Shown: positions 38,514 to 47,784 of the stretch, piece after piece
Numbering within the stretch: position 1 is the first letter of the stretch
Layout of the letters: each line of letters opens with the position of its first letter
Assembly (NCBI GenBank): GCA_944349595.1
Contig: CALVNF010000002.1
Span: 4,386-68,385, forward strand
Origin: an uncultured Bacilli bacterium
GTDB lineage: Bacteria; Bacillota_I; Bacilli_A; RFN20; CAG-826
DNA length: 64,000 nucleotides
Direction: 5' to 3'
Position numbers and translations under genes: made by a program
Notes under the pieces: generated by a model
Databases searched by the model: none
What the model was told of the DNA's origin: nothing
What the model saw: only the letters and a program-made list of their open reading frames with translations

Positions 38514-39392
38514 TTATTCAATAATTTCAGAAATAGCAATTGCAATTGCGCCTGGACCAATGTGAGTTGCAACAGACAAGCTTAATGGATCAATTAAAGT
38601 TATTTTAATTTTATTATCAAAAGCTTTTATAACATCATTTGCAAATTCAAGTGCTGCATCTCTGTTATAAGTATAAGCAATGCCATATTCAACTTTTTTA
38701 ATTCCATTTTTTTCTTGGAAACGTTTTTCTAAGTCTTCTTTGATAAATTTAATCATTGCAATTTTTGCTTTTTTAACGCCGATTTCTTTTGATTTAGCAT
38801 CAAGTTTTCCACCTTCAATTTGAAGGACTGGTTTAATATGAAATGTTGCACCAAGTGCAGCGCCAGCAGCTGTTACTCTTCCACCTTTTTTAAGATATTT
38901 AAGAGTATCAACCATAATATAAATAGAGCTATTTAGTTTTCTTTTTTCTAAAATCTCTTTAATTTCTTTTGCATCTTTTCCTTTTTTTATTAAATTTAGT
39001 GCATCGAAAACAGCTCTTTTTAAAGTAATACTAATTCTATGATTATCAACTACAAAAACTTTATCTTTATATTTTTCATCATTTGCTAAAACTTTTGCAG
39101 TATTACAAGATTCACTTAAACCACTGGACATTGGCATGTGAATGACTTGGTCATTATTAACTAAAAGATTATCCCATAATTTTAAAATGTTGCCTGGGCT
39201 TGGTTGGCTTGTTTTAATATCTTTATTTTGAGCTAAAAAATTATAAAATTCTTCAGTTGTGAGATTTTCATGCTCATAATAAGTTTCACCATCAATTAAA
39301 ACAGGCATTCTTACTAAATAAATGCCTAATTCTTTGCATTCTTCTGGTGTGAATCCAGAATTATCATCTGTTACAATCGCTATCTTTTTCAT
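38514..39392 (-). CDS. DegV family fatty-acid-binding protein (second paralogue)
   Basis: KKIAIVTDDNSGF and KTSQPSPGN motifs. The start is taken at the internal ATG (MKKIAIV). Confidence 0.75.
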   Translation of the reverse strand: MKKIAIVTDDNSGFTPEECKELGIYLVRMPVLIDGETYYEHENLTTEEFYNFLAQNKDIKTSQPSPGNILKLWDNLLVNNDQVIHMPMSSGLSESCNTAKVLANDEKYKDKVFVVDNHRISITLKRAVFDALNLIKKGKDAKEIKEILEKRKLNSSIYIMVDTLKYLKKGGRVTAAGAALGATFHIKPVLQIEGGKLDAKSKEIGVKKAKIAMIKFIKEDLEKRFQEKNGIKKVEYGIAYTYNRDAALEFANDVIKAFDNKIKITLIDPLSLSVATHIGPGAIAIAISEIIE

Positions 39393-39437
39393 ACGAAAAT
39401 ATTTTATCAAATTTTTAATGTCAATAACATTAAAAAA

Positions 39438-39887
39438 TTAATAAAATGAATAATTTTTAAATACTACATTTACATTATTTTTTTCAATAATTAATAAAGC
39501 ATAAGTTCCAATATTGGAGTCTCTTGGTTGTGTTAAACTTCCAGGATTTATAATAATTTTATTATCAGTTTTTTTGTAAATTTTTCTATGGAGGTGGCCA
39601 AAAATAAAAATGTCACAATCAATATTTTTTACATAATTTTCAAGACTTGGATATAATTTATGACCGTGTTCTAAATGTATTTTAAAATTTTCAATAACTA
39701 AATCATATGATTCTTTATAATCTTCAAAGTCACAATTTCCTTTAACAGTTAAAAAATCACTTGTTAAATATTTTGGAAGCATTGAATCCCCTAAAAGAAA
39801 ATAATAATCGCAATTTAAGTTTTGATTATATACATCTTTTAATGCATTATAGTCACCATGAATATCGGATATTAATAAAATTTTCAT
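39438..39887 (-). CDS. YfcE/MJ0936-family metallophosphoesterase
   Basis: MKILLISDIHGD, GDSM and GHLH motifs. Confidence 0.7.
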   Translation of the reverse strand: MKILLISDIHGDYNALKDVYNQNLNCDYYFLLGDSMLPKYLTSDFLTVKGNCDFEDYKESYDLVIENFKIHLEHGHKLYPSLENYVKNIDCDIFIFGHLHRKIYKKTDNKIIINPGSLTQPRDSNIGTYALLIIEKNNVNVVFKNYSFY

Positions 39888-39943
39888 AGTTATATAAATT
39901 ATAATATTGTTTTTTTAAAAAATGATATTATTATTATTTTGTT

Positions 39944-41428
39944 ATGAAAAAAAGTGAACAAGAAAAAACACCATATGTTGACGCTTTAAAAAAATATTTA
40001 AAAGGAAAATATACTGGATTTGATGTTCCTGGTCATCATCAAAAACCTCTCCATACAGAACTTTCAAAATTATACACTTCAAGGATTTATAAATATGATG
40101 TTAATGCTCCAAGGGGACTTGATAATTACATGAATCCAACAAGCGTAATAAAAGAAGCACAAGACTTGTGGGCTGATTTTACTGGAGCAAAAAGAGCTAG
40201 ATTTTTAGTAAATGGTTCAACAAGTGGTATTTTAATCATGCTTTTAAGTTGTTTAAAAGCAGATGATAAAATAATTTTACCAAGGAATGTCCATAAATCA
40301 GTTATAAACGGGCTTGTTTTAAGTGGCGCTTCTCCAGTTTTTATAATGCCTGAGATTGATTTGTGTACTGAAATTGTAAATCAAATAAGTTTTGAAAATT
40401 GGAAAAAAGCAATTGATGAAAATCTTGATGCTAAGGCAATTTTTATAATTAATCCAACATATTTTGGTGCAACTTGTGATCTTGAAAAAATTGTTAAATA
40501 TGCTCATTCAAAAAATATGTTGGTTTTAGTTGATGAAGCTCATGGAACTCACTTTTATTTTAATGATAAAATGCCAATTAACGCTATAAAAGCTGGAGCT
40601 GATATGTCAACATTATCAGTTCATAAAAGTGGTGGTAGTTTAACTCAATCTTCAGTTTTATTAATTAATAATGATAATATAACTGATTATATGGTATCAA
40701 AATCTGTCAATTTGATTACTACAACTTCACCAAATAATACTCTAATTGCATCACTTGATGCAGCTAGAAAATTTATGGTTTTTAATGGCCAAAAAATATT
40801 AGATAGAATATTAGAGATTGCAAAATTTGCTCAAAGTGAAATATCTAAAATTAAAGGTTTTAAAGTTCGAGCCAGGGAACATTTTTTAAAAAATGGTGCA
40901 TATGATTTTGATGAAACAAAATTAGTTATTGAAATTGATAAATTAAAATTAAATGGTTTTGATATTTATAATTTATTGAAAGATAAATATAAAATTCAAA
41001 TAGAATTAGCTGAAACATATCTATTTTTATGTATTTTATCAATTGGAACGACCAAAAAAGATATTATTAAATTAATTAAAGCTTTAAAATCTATATCAAG
41101 TAAATATTATGATGAAAATATAAAATATGAAGATCATCATTATTTTAAGTCATTTCCAACGATATTTTGTAGACCAAGAACTGCATTTCATGCTCCTTTA
41201 AAAGTTGTAAATTATAAAGATGCATTAAATGAAGTTTCAAAAGAAATGATTATGATTTATCCTCCAGGTATTCCAATTATTATTCCTGGTGAAAGATTTT
41301 CAAAAGAAGTTATTGATCAATTAGAATATTATGAAAAGATTAATACAAAAGTTTTAAGCGATCATAAAGATGGAAAAGTGTCAGTAATTGATTTTGAAAA
41401 CTGGAATAATAGTGAAGATAAAAAATAA
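39944..41428 (+). CDS. Orn/Lys/Arg decarboxylase family PLP enzyme (SpeA/YaaO-like)
   Basis: PLP-lysine region SVHKSGGSLTQSS. About 490 aa with fold-type-I features. Confidence 0.75.
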   Translation: MKKSEQEKTPYVDALKKYLKGKYTGFDVPGHHQKPLHTELSKLYTSRIYKYDVNAPRGLDNYMNPTSVIKEAQDLWADFTGAKRARFLVNGSTSGILIMLLSCLKADDKIILPRNVHKSVINGLVLSGASPVFIMPEIDLCTEIVNQISFENWKKAIDENLDAKAIFIINPTYFGATCDLEKIVKYAHSKNMLVLVDEAHGTHFYFNDKMPINAIKAGADMSTLSVHKSGGSLTQSSVLLINNDNITDYMVSKSVNLITTTSPNNTLIASLDAARKFMVFNGQKILDRILEIAKFAQSEISKIKGFKVRAREHFLKNGAYDFDETKLVIEIDKLKLNGFDIYNLLKDKYKIQIELAETYLFLCILSIGTTKKDIIKLIKALKSISSKYYDENIKYEDHHYFKSFPTIFCRPRTAFHAPLKVVNYKDALNEVSKEMIMIYPPGIPIIIPGERFSKEVIDQLEYYEKINTKVLSDHKDGKVSVIDFENWNNSEDKK

Positions 41429-41434
41429 TAACTT

Positions 41435-42691
41435 ATGACAAATAAGAGTAAAATATTGAGGTTTTGCAGTACTTTTTTGATATTAACTTTGTATTCTTTT
41501 TTAGTAAGTCTTTTCTTATTCGCTTTTAGTAAATTAAGTGTATTAATATTTAATTTTATAAATATTGAATTAAATTACGCGTTTTTAATACCATATTTTT
41601 TATTAATCGTTTTAGTTTTGCTCCTGGAATATTTTTTATTAAAATTAGCAGAAAAATTTGTCAATAAAGGATTTATTAAAAGACATAAAATTATTGGAAC
41701 AATTCTTTTAATAATTTTAACAATTGCAAGTTGTTGCTTAAGTTTTTTAATTGGATTACCATTTGGAACAGAAGCACCAAGTGTTTTAATTGCCTTTATA
41801 TTAGGTTTTTTATTTTTTAATTATTTAAGTGACGACTTTAAAAAATATTTTCCTGGAATTGGTTTTTCTATTGCTTTTTTAAATCCATTAGCTGGTTTAT
41901 TTTATAGTTTTGAGAATTTTAAAATAAAAATTCTAAATAAAAATAACTTATATTTTGTTTATGTTTTGTTAGTTAGTTATTTATTTTATATCTTATTAAA
42001 TGGTAACTATATTTATTCAAATTTTATTTATATTACTTCATATTTAGAGCCATTATATTTATGTTTTGTACCAATTATTGCAATAATTTCTTTTATTTTA
42101 GGTTTTTTATATAAAAATCTTTTCTATTTATTTAGATATTTAAGAAATAAATTTAGTTTTGTTATTTTTCTTATTTTGACTTTTATTTTAATTTTTGTTT
42201 TGAAATTTATTTCTAATGATTATGTTAATAATGGAGCAATCTTTTTTGAAAATATTTTAAATATTAAATCAATTTATTATTTATTATCATTAGTGTTTGT
42301 TCGTTTATTTTTAATGTTATTTTCATATAATACTAAATTAGCTGGTGGTAGAGTTGTTCCAACTTTAACTTTAGGTTATTTATTTGGATATTTATTTTGC
42401 AATATTTTATCTTATTTTGTAAGTCTAAATTCATCTAATGCAATTATTCTTTCAATAATATTTATGGTTTGTTTTTATGCAATTGTTAGTAATAATCATT
42501 TGACTTCATTAGCGATATCATTTTCATTTTTACCTTTTAATATTATTTTCTTACCAGCATTAATTGGATTAATTATTAACAAAGTTTTATGTCAAGTTAT
42601 TAAGAATAAATCAATGGTTAATTTGATTTATAATAATGATTTACAATTTAAAGTTTTTGATCAACTAAAATTAAAAGATTACATGGATTAA
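41435..42691 (+). CDS. ClC-type chloride channel / H+-Cl- antiporter-like membrane protein
   Basis: GLPFGTEAPSVLIA (cf. the GREGP motif) and GGRVVPTLTLGYLFG (cf. GxFxP). Polytopic. The true start may lie downstream of the repeat. Confidence 0.45.
   Translation: MTNKSKILRFCSTFLILTLYSFLVSLFLFAFSKLSVLIFNFINIELNYAFLIPYFLLIVLVLLLEYFLLKLAEKFVNKGFIKRHKIIGTILLIILTIASCCLSFLIGLPFGTEAPSVLIAFILGFLFFNYLSDDFKKYFPGIGFSIAFLNPLAGLFYSFENFKIKILNKNNLYFVYVLLVSYLFYILLNGNYIYSNFIYITSYLEPLYLCFVPIIAIISFILGFLYKNLFYLFRYLRNKFSFVIFLILTFILIFVLKFISNDYVNNGAIFFENILNIKSIYYLLSLVFVRLFLMLFSYNTKLAGGRVVPTLTLGYLFGYLFCNILSYFVSLNSSNAIILSIIFMVCFYAIVSNNHLTSLAISFSFLPFNIIFLPALIGLIINKVLCQVIKNKSMVNLIYNNDLQFKVFDQLKLKDYMD
41450..41483 (+). 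repeat. Copy C of the dispersed ~30-bp repeat, at the extreme 5' end of the ClC-like ORF
   Basis: aaaatattgaggttttgcagtacttttttgatat. Confidence 0.8.
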
Positions 42692-42719
42692 AAATATCTT
42701 TAAAAACTATAAGTAAATT

Positions 42720-42727
42720 TGTATAAT
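42720..42727 (+). promoter_or_regulatory. Extended -10 element (TGTATAAT) of the rimP-nusA-infB operon promoter
   Basis: TG at 42720-42721 and TATAAT at 42722-42727, about 80 nt upstream of rimP. Confidence 0.45.
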
Positions 42728-42758
42728 ATTAATGCTCTTTGTTTATAAGATAAATTTA

Positions 42759-42790
42759 AGAGTGGTTGCGAAACCACTCTTTATTTTTTA
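42759..42790 (+). promoter_or_regulatory. Leader hairpin plus U-tract in the rimP-nusA 5' UTR (candidate NusA autoregulatory attenuator)
   Basis: agagtggtt-gcga-aaccactct followed by ttatttttt, located between the promoter and the rimP RBS (GGGAGG). Confidence 0.5.
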
Positions 42791-42803
42791 AAGGGAGGTT
42801 TTA

Positions 42804-43268
42804 ATGAAATATACACCAGAATTAAAAGAGTTTCTAAATCAATTAATTACTTCAAAAGGTTACAATTTAGATGATGTTAGTGTAAGTAAAGAAAATAACG
42901 AAACATTTTTAAATGTAACTGTTAGTTGGTCAAAGCCACTTGATGTTAATATTTTATCGGAATTATCAACTTTCTTAAGTGATGAATTAGATAAATTTGT
43001 TAAAGATGATGATTCGTATATATTAAATGTTCAATCAAATTTATATGATGATTCAATAAATTTTGAAGATTTAAAAAATCATATTGAAGAAAAATTAATA
43101 ATTGAATTTAAAAATGAATTTAATGGAATTAATGAAACTAAGTGTATAATTCATGAAATTAAAGATGATAAAGTTTATCTTCAATATTTCTTAAAAGGAG
43201 CTAAACGAAAATTAGAATTAAATGTGGATGATATTAAAAAAGGAGATATAAAATTTAAAACAATTTAA
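42804..43268 (+). CDS. rimP: Ribosome maturation factor RimP
   Basis: Position immediately upstream of nusA, a 154-aa size, and a YlxS-like N-terminus. Confidence 0.65.
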   Translation: MKYTPELKEFLNQLITSKGYNLDDVSVSKENNETFLNVTVSWSKPLDVNILSELSTFLSDELDKFVKDDDSYILNVQSNLYDDSINFEDLKNHIEEKLIIEFKNEFNGINETKCIIHEIKDDKVYLQYFLKGAKRKLELNVDDIKKGDIKFKTI

Positions 43269-43283
43269 TTTAGGAGAAAAATT

Positions 43284-45026
43284 ATGGGAAGAACAAAATC
43301 AAACAAAATTAGCATCACAGATGCAGTTGAATCTCTTGTACAAGCAAAAAATTTAAGTGAAGAATTTATTTTGGATACACTTAAATCAACACTCAAAAAG
43401 ACATTTACAAAAATATTTTTAGGTAGTAATGACGATGATGCAATTGTCAGAGTTGAACTTGAAAAGAAAGGTAAAAGTGAATCATTTGTTATTTATTATG
43501 GAAGAAAAGTTCAAGAAGAAGACAAAATAACTGATGATTTCTTTGAAATTTCTGAAGATGATCCAAATGTTAAAGAAGCTGGATTAAAAGTTGGAGATTT
43601 ATATGAAGTAAGATACACTCTTGAAGATATTATTAATGATCGAACAAGAGGGAATAAATTTATTAATTCATTTTCAACTAGTTTCAGATCAAAAGTATTA
43701 GAAGCTGAAAAAGCTACTTTAATTGAATTATATAAAGGAAAATTAGGCGAATTAATTACTGGAATTGTCACTCAGTATAATCGAGAAACTCACGAAGCAG
43801 TCGTTGAAATTGGAAAAAATACTGAAGTAACCCTTGAAAGAAAAGATCAAATTGGTGATGAAACTTTTAAAGTTGGTGAAAGTATTAAAGTCTGTGTTGC
43901 AAGTGTTGATGCAAATCAAGCTGGTGCAAAAATTCATATTTCAAGAAGTAACCCATTATTTTTAAAAAGATTATTTGAACAAGAAATTCATGAAGTTTAC
44001 GATGGAACAGTTGTAATTAAAGATATCGCAAGAAGAGCTGGAGAAAGAAGTAAAGTTGCTGTTTATTCAAATGATCCAAATGTTGATCCGTGCGGTACAT
44101 GTATTGGTAAAAATGGCGATAGAATTGGCGCTATTACTAAAAACTTTGGAAATTCTAAAGATAAAGAAAAGATCGATGTTGTTTTATATGATGAAAATCT
44201 TGCAATTTATATCGCTGAAGCTTTAGTTCCAGCCCATGTTGTTGGTTTAACTTTTATTGAAAGAGAAAGCGAAAAGAGCAATGAGCTTGAAAAAGTTGCT
44301 CTTGCTGTCGTAAAAGATGGTGAATTGTCAACTGCAATTGGTAAAAAAGGTTGTAATGTTTCTTTAGCTGCAAAATTAACTGGTATTAAAATTGAAATCA
44401 AAGAACATCAAGATGCTCTTAAAGAAGGAATTCAATTTAAGACTATGGAAACAATTAGAGATGAAGCTAAACTTTCTAAATTAGAAAAAACTGTATTAAA
44501 TTCAAAAGATGAATTTAAAGAAAATTATATTGAAGATAAAGATTTACAAGATGATGAAAAAGTTATCGAAAATTCTGTTGAAAATATTGATTCTACAGTT
44601 GATAAAATTGATAAAGATTTCGATATAAAAGTTGAAGATAATATTCCAGAAGAAACAAAGACGGAAGTTAGTATTGAAGAAAAACCTCAAGAGGTAAAAA
44701 AAGAGAAAAAACCTGAAGAAAAAACTCATGTCAATGTTGACACAATTAAGATGGAAGATTTATTAAATCAACTTGAAAAAGAAAAAGAACAAGAAGAAAG
44801 TAAAAAAGCTAAATCAAATAAAAAATCTTACAAGAAGAAAGAAGATAAATCTGAATCAGAAAGAAAAGAAGACAATAAAAAACCAATTAAAGGCATGGCA
44901 ATCTATACTGATGAAGAATTAGAAGAATTAAAAAGAGAAGAAGAGGAAGAAGACGAATCATATGGTGTCGATGAAGATGATGATTATGATGAATATGATT
45001 CAGATGAATACTACGAAGACAAATAA
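43284..45026 (+). CDS. nusA: Transcription termination/antitermination factor NusA with a long acidic K/E/D-rich C-terminal extension
   Basis: NusA N-domain, S1 and KH regions (GKNGDRIGAITKNFGN, GKKGCNVSLAAKLTG), then about 200 aa of low-complexity acidic tail. Confidence 0.9.
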   Translation: MGRTKSNKISITDAVESLVQAKNLSEEFILDTLKSTLKKTFTKIFLGSNDDDAIVRVELEKKGKSESFVIYYGRKVQEEDKITDDFFEISEDDPNVKEAGLKVGDLYEVRYTLEDIINDRTRGNKFINSFSTSFRSKVLEAEKATLIELYKGKLGELITGIVTQYNRETHEAVVEIGKNTEVTLERKDQIGDETFKVGESIKVCVASVDANQAGAKIHISRSNPLFLKRLFEQEIHEVYDGTVVIKDIARRAGERSKVAVYSNDPNVDPCGTCIGKNGDRIGAITKNFGNSKDKEKIDVVLYDENLAIYIAEALVPAHVVGLTFIERESEKSNELEKVALAVVKDGELSTAIGKKGCNVSLAAKLTGIKIEIKEHQDALKEGIQFKTMETIRDEAKLSKLEKTVLNSKDEFKENYIEDKDLQDDEKVIENSVENIDSTVDKIDKDFDIKVEDNIPEETKTEVSIEEKPQEVKKEKKPEEKTHVNVDTIKMEDLLNQLEKEKEQEESKKAKSNKKSYKKKEDKSESERKEDNKKPIKGMAIYTDEELEELKREEEEEDESYGVDEDDDYDEYDSDEYYEDK

Positions 45027-45031
45027 TTTAT

Positions 45032-45283
45032 ATGAAAAAAGAAATTAAAAGAAAATGTATTGCTACAAATGAAGTAAAAAACAGAAATGAATTATTTAGG
45101 ATTGTAAAAACTCCAAATAATGAAGTTAAAGTTGATTTCACATATAAATTAAATGGTCGAGGAGCTTATTTAAGTAAAAATAAAGATGTAATTTTACTTG
45201 CAAAAAAGAAAAAATTACTAAATAGAGCTCTTGAAACAGATGTAAGCGATGATGTATATGATTTTTTAATTACAAGATTATGA
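45032..45283 (+). CDS. ylxR: YlxR/RnpM (DUF448) RNA-binding protein
   Basis: KRKCIATNEVKNRNELFRIV motif. Ends in TGA overlapping the next ATG (ATGA). Confidence 0.8.
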   Translation: MKKEIKRKCIATNEVKNRNELFRIVKTPNNEVKVDFTYKLNGRGAYLSKNKDVILLAKKKKLLNRALETDVSDDVYDFLITRL

Positions 45284-45588
45284 CAAAAGATAAAATTATT
45301 TCCTTAATTCAATTTGCAAAAAGAACAAATGATATTGTTTATAAACAAACACTACCTATTTTTATTAAAAAAGGACAAATAAAATTAATATTTGTTGCAA
45401 GTGATATAGGTAGTGCAAGTTTAAAATCAGTAATAAATTTTAATGATAAATCTTATAAAATTTGTAATTTATTTAATAAACAAGAATTAGGAAATATTTT
45501 ATCAAAAGATGAAGTTGCAATTTTTGCAATTAAAAACATTCATATCGTAAAACAAATTATTAAAATATTAGATGAAAAGGAGGTTTAA
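45280..45588 (+). CDS. ylxQ: L7Ae-family RNA-binding protein YlxQ
   Basis: Conserved position between ylxR and infB, and about 100 aa. Confidence 0.7.
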   Translation: MTKDKIISLIQFAKRTNDIVYKQTLPIFIKKGQIKLIFVASDIGSASLKSVINFNDKSYKICNLFNKQELGNILSKDEVAIFAIKNIHIVKQIIKILDEKEV

Positions 45589-45591
45589 TTT

Positions 45592-47442
45592 ATGGCTAAA
45601 AACAAAAATAAAAATGATCGTCAAACAAATTTATCTAATACTAAATTAGAAACTAATAAGAAATGTTTCTTAAAAGATGGTGTTTTAGAATATTATGGTA
45701 GTTTAACTGTTGGTGAGTTAGCTAATGCTTTAAAAATTCAAGCCAGTGATATTATTAAAAAATATTTCTTAAAAGGTATTATTTATACAATTAATTCAAA
45801 TTTGGATGATGAAATAATTGGTGAAATTTGTATTGATAATAACATCGACTTTAAAAAGATGGTCGAAAATGAAGCAAATGCTTTAAGTTCAATCTTAAAT
45901 TTAAAAGATGATCCAAAAGAATTAAAAGAAAGACCTCCTGTTGTAACTGTAATGGGACACGTTGACCATGGAAAAACAACATTAATTGATACAATTAGAA
46001 ATTCAAGATTAACAGAAGCTGAATTTGGTGGAATTTCTCAAGAAATTGGTGCTTATCAAAAACAATGTCATGGGAAATTAATTACATTTATTGACACTCC
46101 TGGGCATGAAGCATTTACTGAAATGAGAAGTAGAGGAGCTAGTGTAACTGATATTGTTGTTTTAGTTGTAGCAGCCGATGATGGTGTTATGCCACAAACA
46201 ATTGAAGCAATTGATCACGCAAAAGCTGCCTCTGTTCCAATTATTGTTGCAATTAATAAAATTGACGTTCCTGGAGCGAATCCAGAAAAAGTTATAAGTG
46301 AATTGATGAAATATGATATTATTCCAGAAAAATATGGTGGTAGTAATATTTTTTGTGAAATTTCTGCAAAGAAAAACATTGGAATTGATAACTTATTAGA
46401 AAATATTTTACTTGAAGCTGAAATGTTAGAATTAAAAGCCAATCCAAATAGATACGCTTATGGAACAGTTTTAGAAGCAAAACTTGATAAAGGTGAAGGT
46501 CCAAAAGCAACGTTTTTAATTAGCAATGGTACTTTAAAAGTTGGAGATTATGTTGTAGTTGGTTCAACTTATGGAAAAATTAGAAGAATGACTAATGATT
46601 TAAATCAAATTGTAACAGAGGCAATTCCAAGTATGCCTGTATCTGTAATTGGAATTAACGAAGTTCCTCAAGCTGGCGATCATTTCTTTGCTCTTGATAA
46701 TGAAAAATTAGCAAAAGAAATTGCAAATGATAGAAAATTAAGACTTGAAGAAGAAAGTAGAAAATCAAATAATGTTTCAACTCTTGACGAATTATATGAT
46801 AAAGTCAAAGAAGGTGAATTAAAAAATATTAATATTGTTTTAAAAGCAAATTCTACTGGATCTGTAGAAGCTGTTAAAAATGCGATTTTAAAATTAAATG
46901 TTGAAGGAACTAAAATTAATATTATTAGAGCAAGTGCTGGGGCAATTACTGAATCTGATGTTTTACTTGCTAATGCATCACATGCTTTAATTTATGGTTT
47001 TAATGTCAGACCAGATTCAAATGTTAGAAATAAAGCAATTGAAGAAAAAGTAGAAATTAGATTACATCGAATTATTTATGCTTTAATTGAAGAACTTGAA
47101 AGCATGTTAAAAGGTATGAGAGCTAAAAAAGAAATTGAGCAATATCTTGGACAAGCTGAAGTAAGACAAGTATTTAAAGCAAGTAAAATTGGAACTATTG
47201 CAGGATGTTATGTTGTTGATGGCGAAATTACAAGTACATCATTACTTAGAGTTTTAAGAGACGGTGAAGAAGTTTATAATGGAAAAATTAACGGCTTAAA
47301 ACGATTTAAGGACGATGTAAAAGAAGTTAAATCTGGTTTTGAATGTGGTATTTCAATTTTAAACTTTAATGATATTCATGAGGGCGATATTATTGAAGCT
47401 TATAAAATGGTAGAGGAAGAAGATAATGGCAGACAAAATTAA
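45592..47442 (+). CDS. infB: Translation initiation factor IF-2
   Basis: G-domain [18 protein letters not shown] and NKID motifs, with a short N-terminal region. Confidence 0.95.
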   Translation: MAKNKNKNDRQTNLSNTKLETNKKCFLKDGVLEYYGSLTVGELANALKIQASDIIKKYFLKGIIYTINSNLDDEIIGEICIDNNIDFKKMVENEANALSSILNLKDDPKELKERPPVVTVMGHVDHGKTTLIDTIRNSRLTEAEFGGISQEIGAYQKQCHGKLITFIDTPGHEAFTEMRSRGASVTDIVVLVVAADDGVMPQTIEAIDHAKAASVPIIVAINKIDVPGANPEKVISELMKYDIIPEKYGGSNIFCEISAKKNIGIDNLLENILLEAEMLELKANPNRYAYGTVLEAKLDKGEGPKATFLISNGTLKVGDYVVVGSTYGKIRRMTNDLNQIVTEAIPSMPVSVIGINEVPQAGDHFFALDNEKLAKEIANDRKLRLEEESRKSNNVSTLDELYDKVKEGELKNINIVLKANSTGSVEAVKNAILKLNVEGTKINIIRASAGAITESDVLLANASHALIYGFNVRPDSNVRNKAIEEKVEIRLHRIIYALIEELESMLKGMRAKKEIEQYLGQAEVRQVFKASKIGTIAGCYVVDGEITSTSLLRVLRDGEEVYNGKINGLKRFKDDVKEVKSGFECGISILNFNDIHEGDIIEAYKMVEEEDNGRQN

Positions 47443-47779
47443 AAGAATTGAAATGCTAATTAAGAAAAATATAGCTGATATTTTAGTCTTTGAAGTTAGA
47501 AATAAAAGTATCGGATTTGTAACAGTTACTGACTGTAAACTTTCAAGTGATTATCAATATGCAAGAATTTATGTTTCCTTTTTAGGAACTCAAGATCCTA
47601 TAGTTAATTTAGAAGAATTAAATAAAATGAAAGGATATATTAAGAGTTCGTTAGCTAAAAAAATGGATATTTATAAAATTCCAAACATTGAATTTTTATT
47701 AGATGATTCATTTGAAAATGGTAAAAAAATCGAAGAACTTATTAAAAAAGACGAAGAAGAAATTAAATCACTTAAATAA
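47426..47779 (+). CDS. rbfA: Ribosome-binding factor A
   Basis: RIEMLIKKNIADIL...VTVTDCKLSSDYQYARIYVS. Confidence 0.9.
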   Translation: MADKIKRIEMLIKKNIADILVFEVRNKSIGFVTVTDCKLSSDYQYARIYVSFLGTQDPIVNLEELNKMKGYIKSSLAKKMDIYKIPNIEFLLDDSFENGKKIEELIKKDEEEIKSLK

Positions 47780-47784
47780 AATTA

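Noticed and set aside
43511-46510. Several 60-86-aa minus-strand ORFs within nusA and infB
   Set aside because: Antisense to universally conserved genes. Composition is S/F/L-rich shadow-frame noise.
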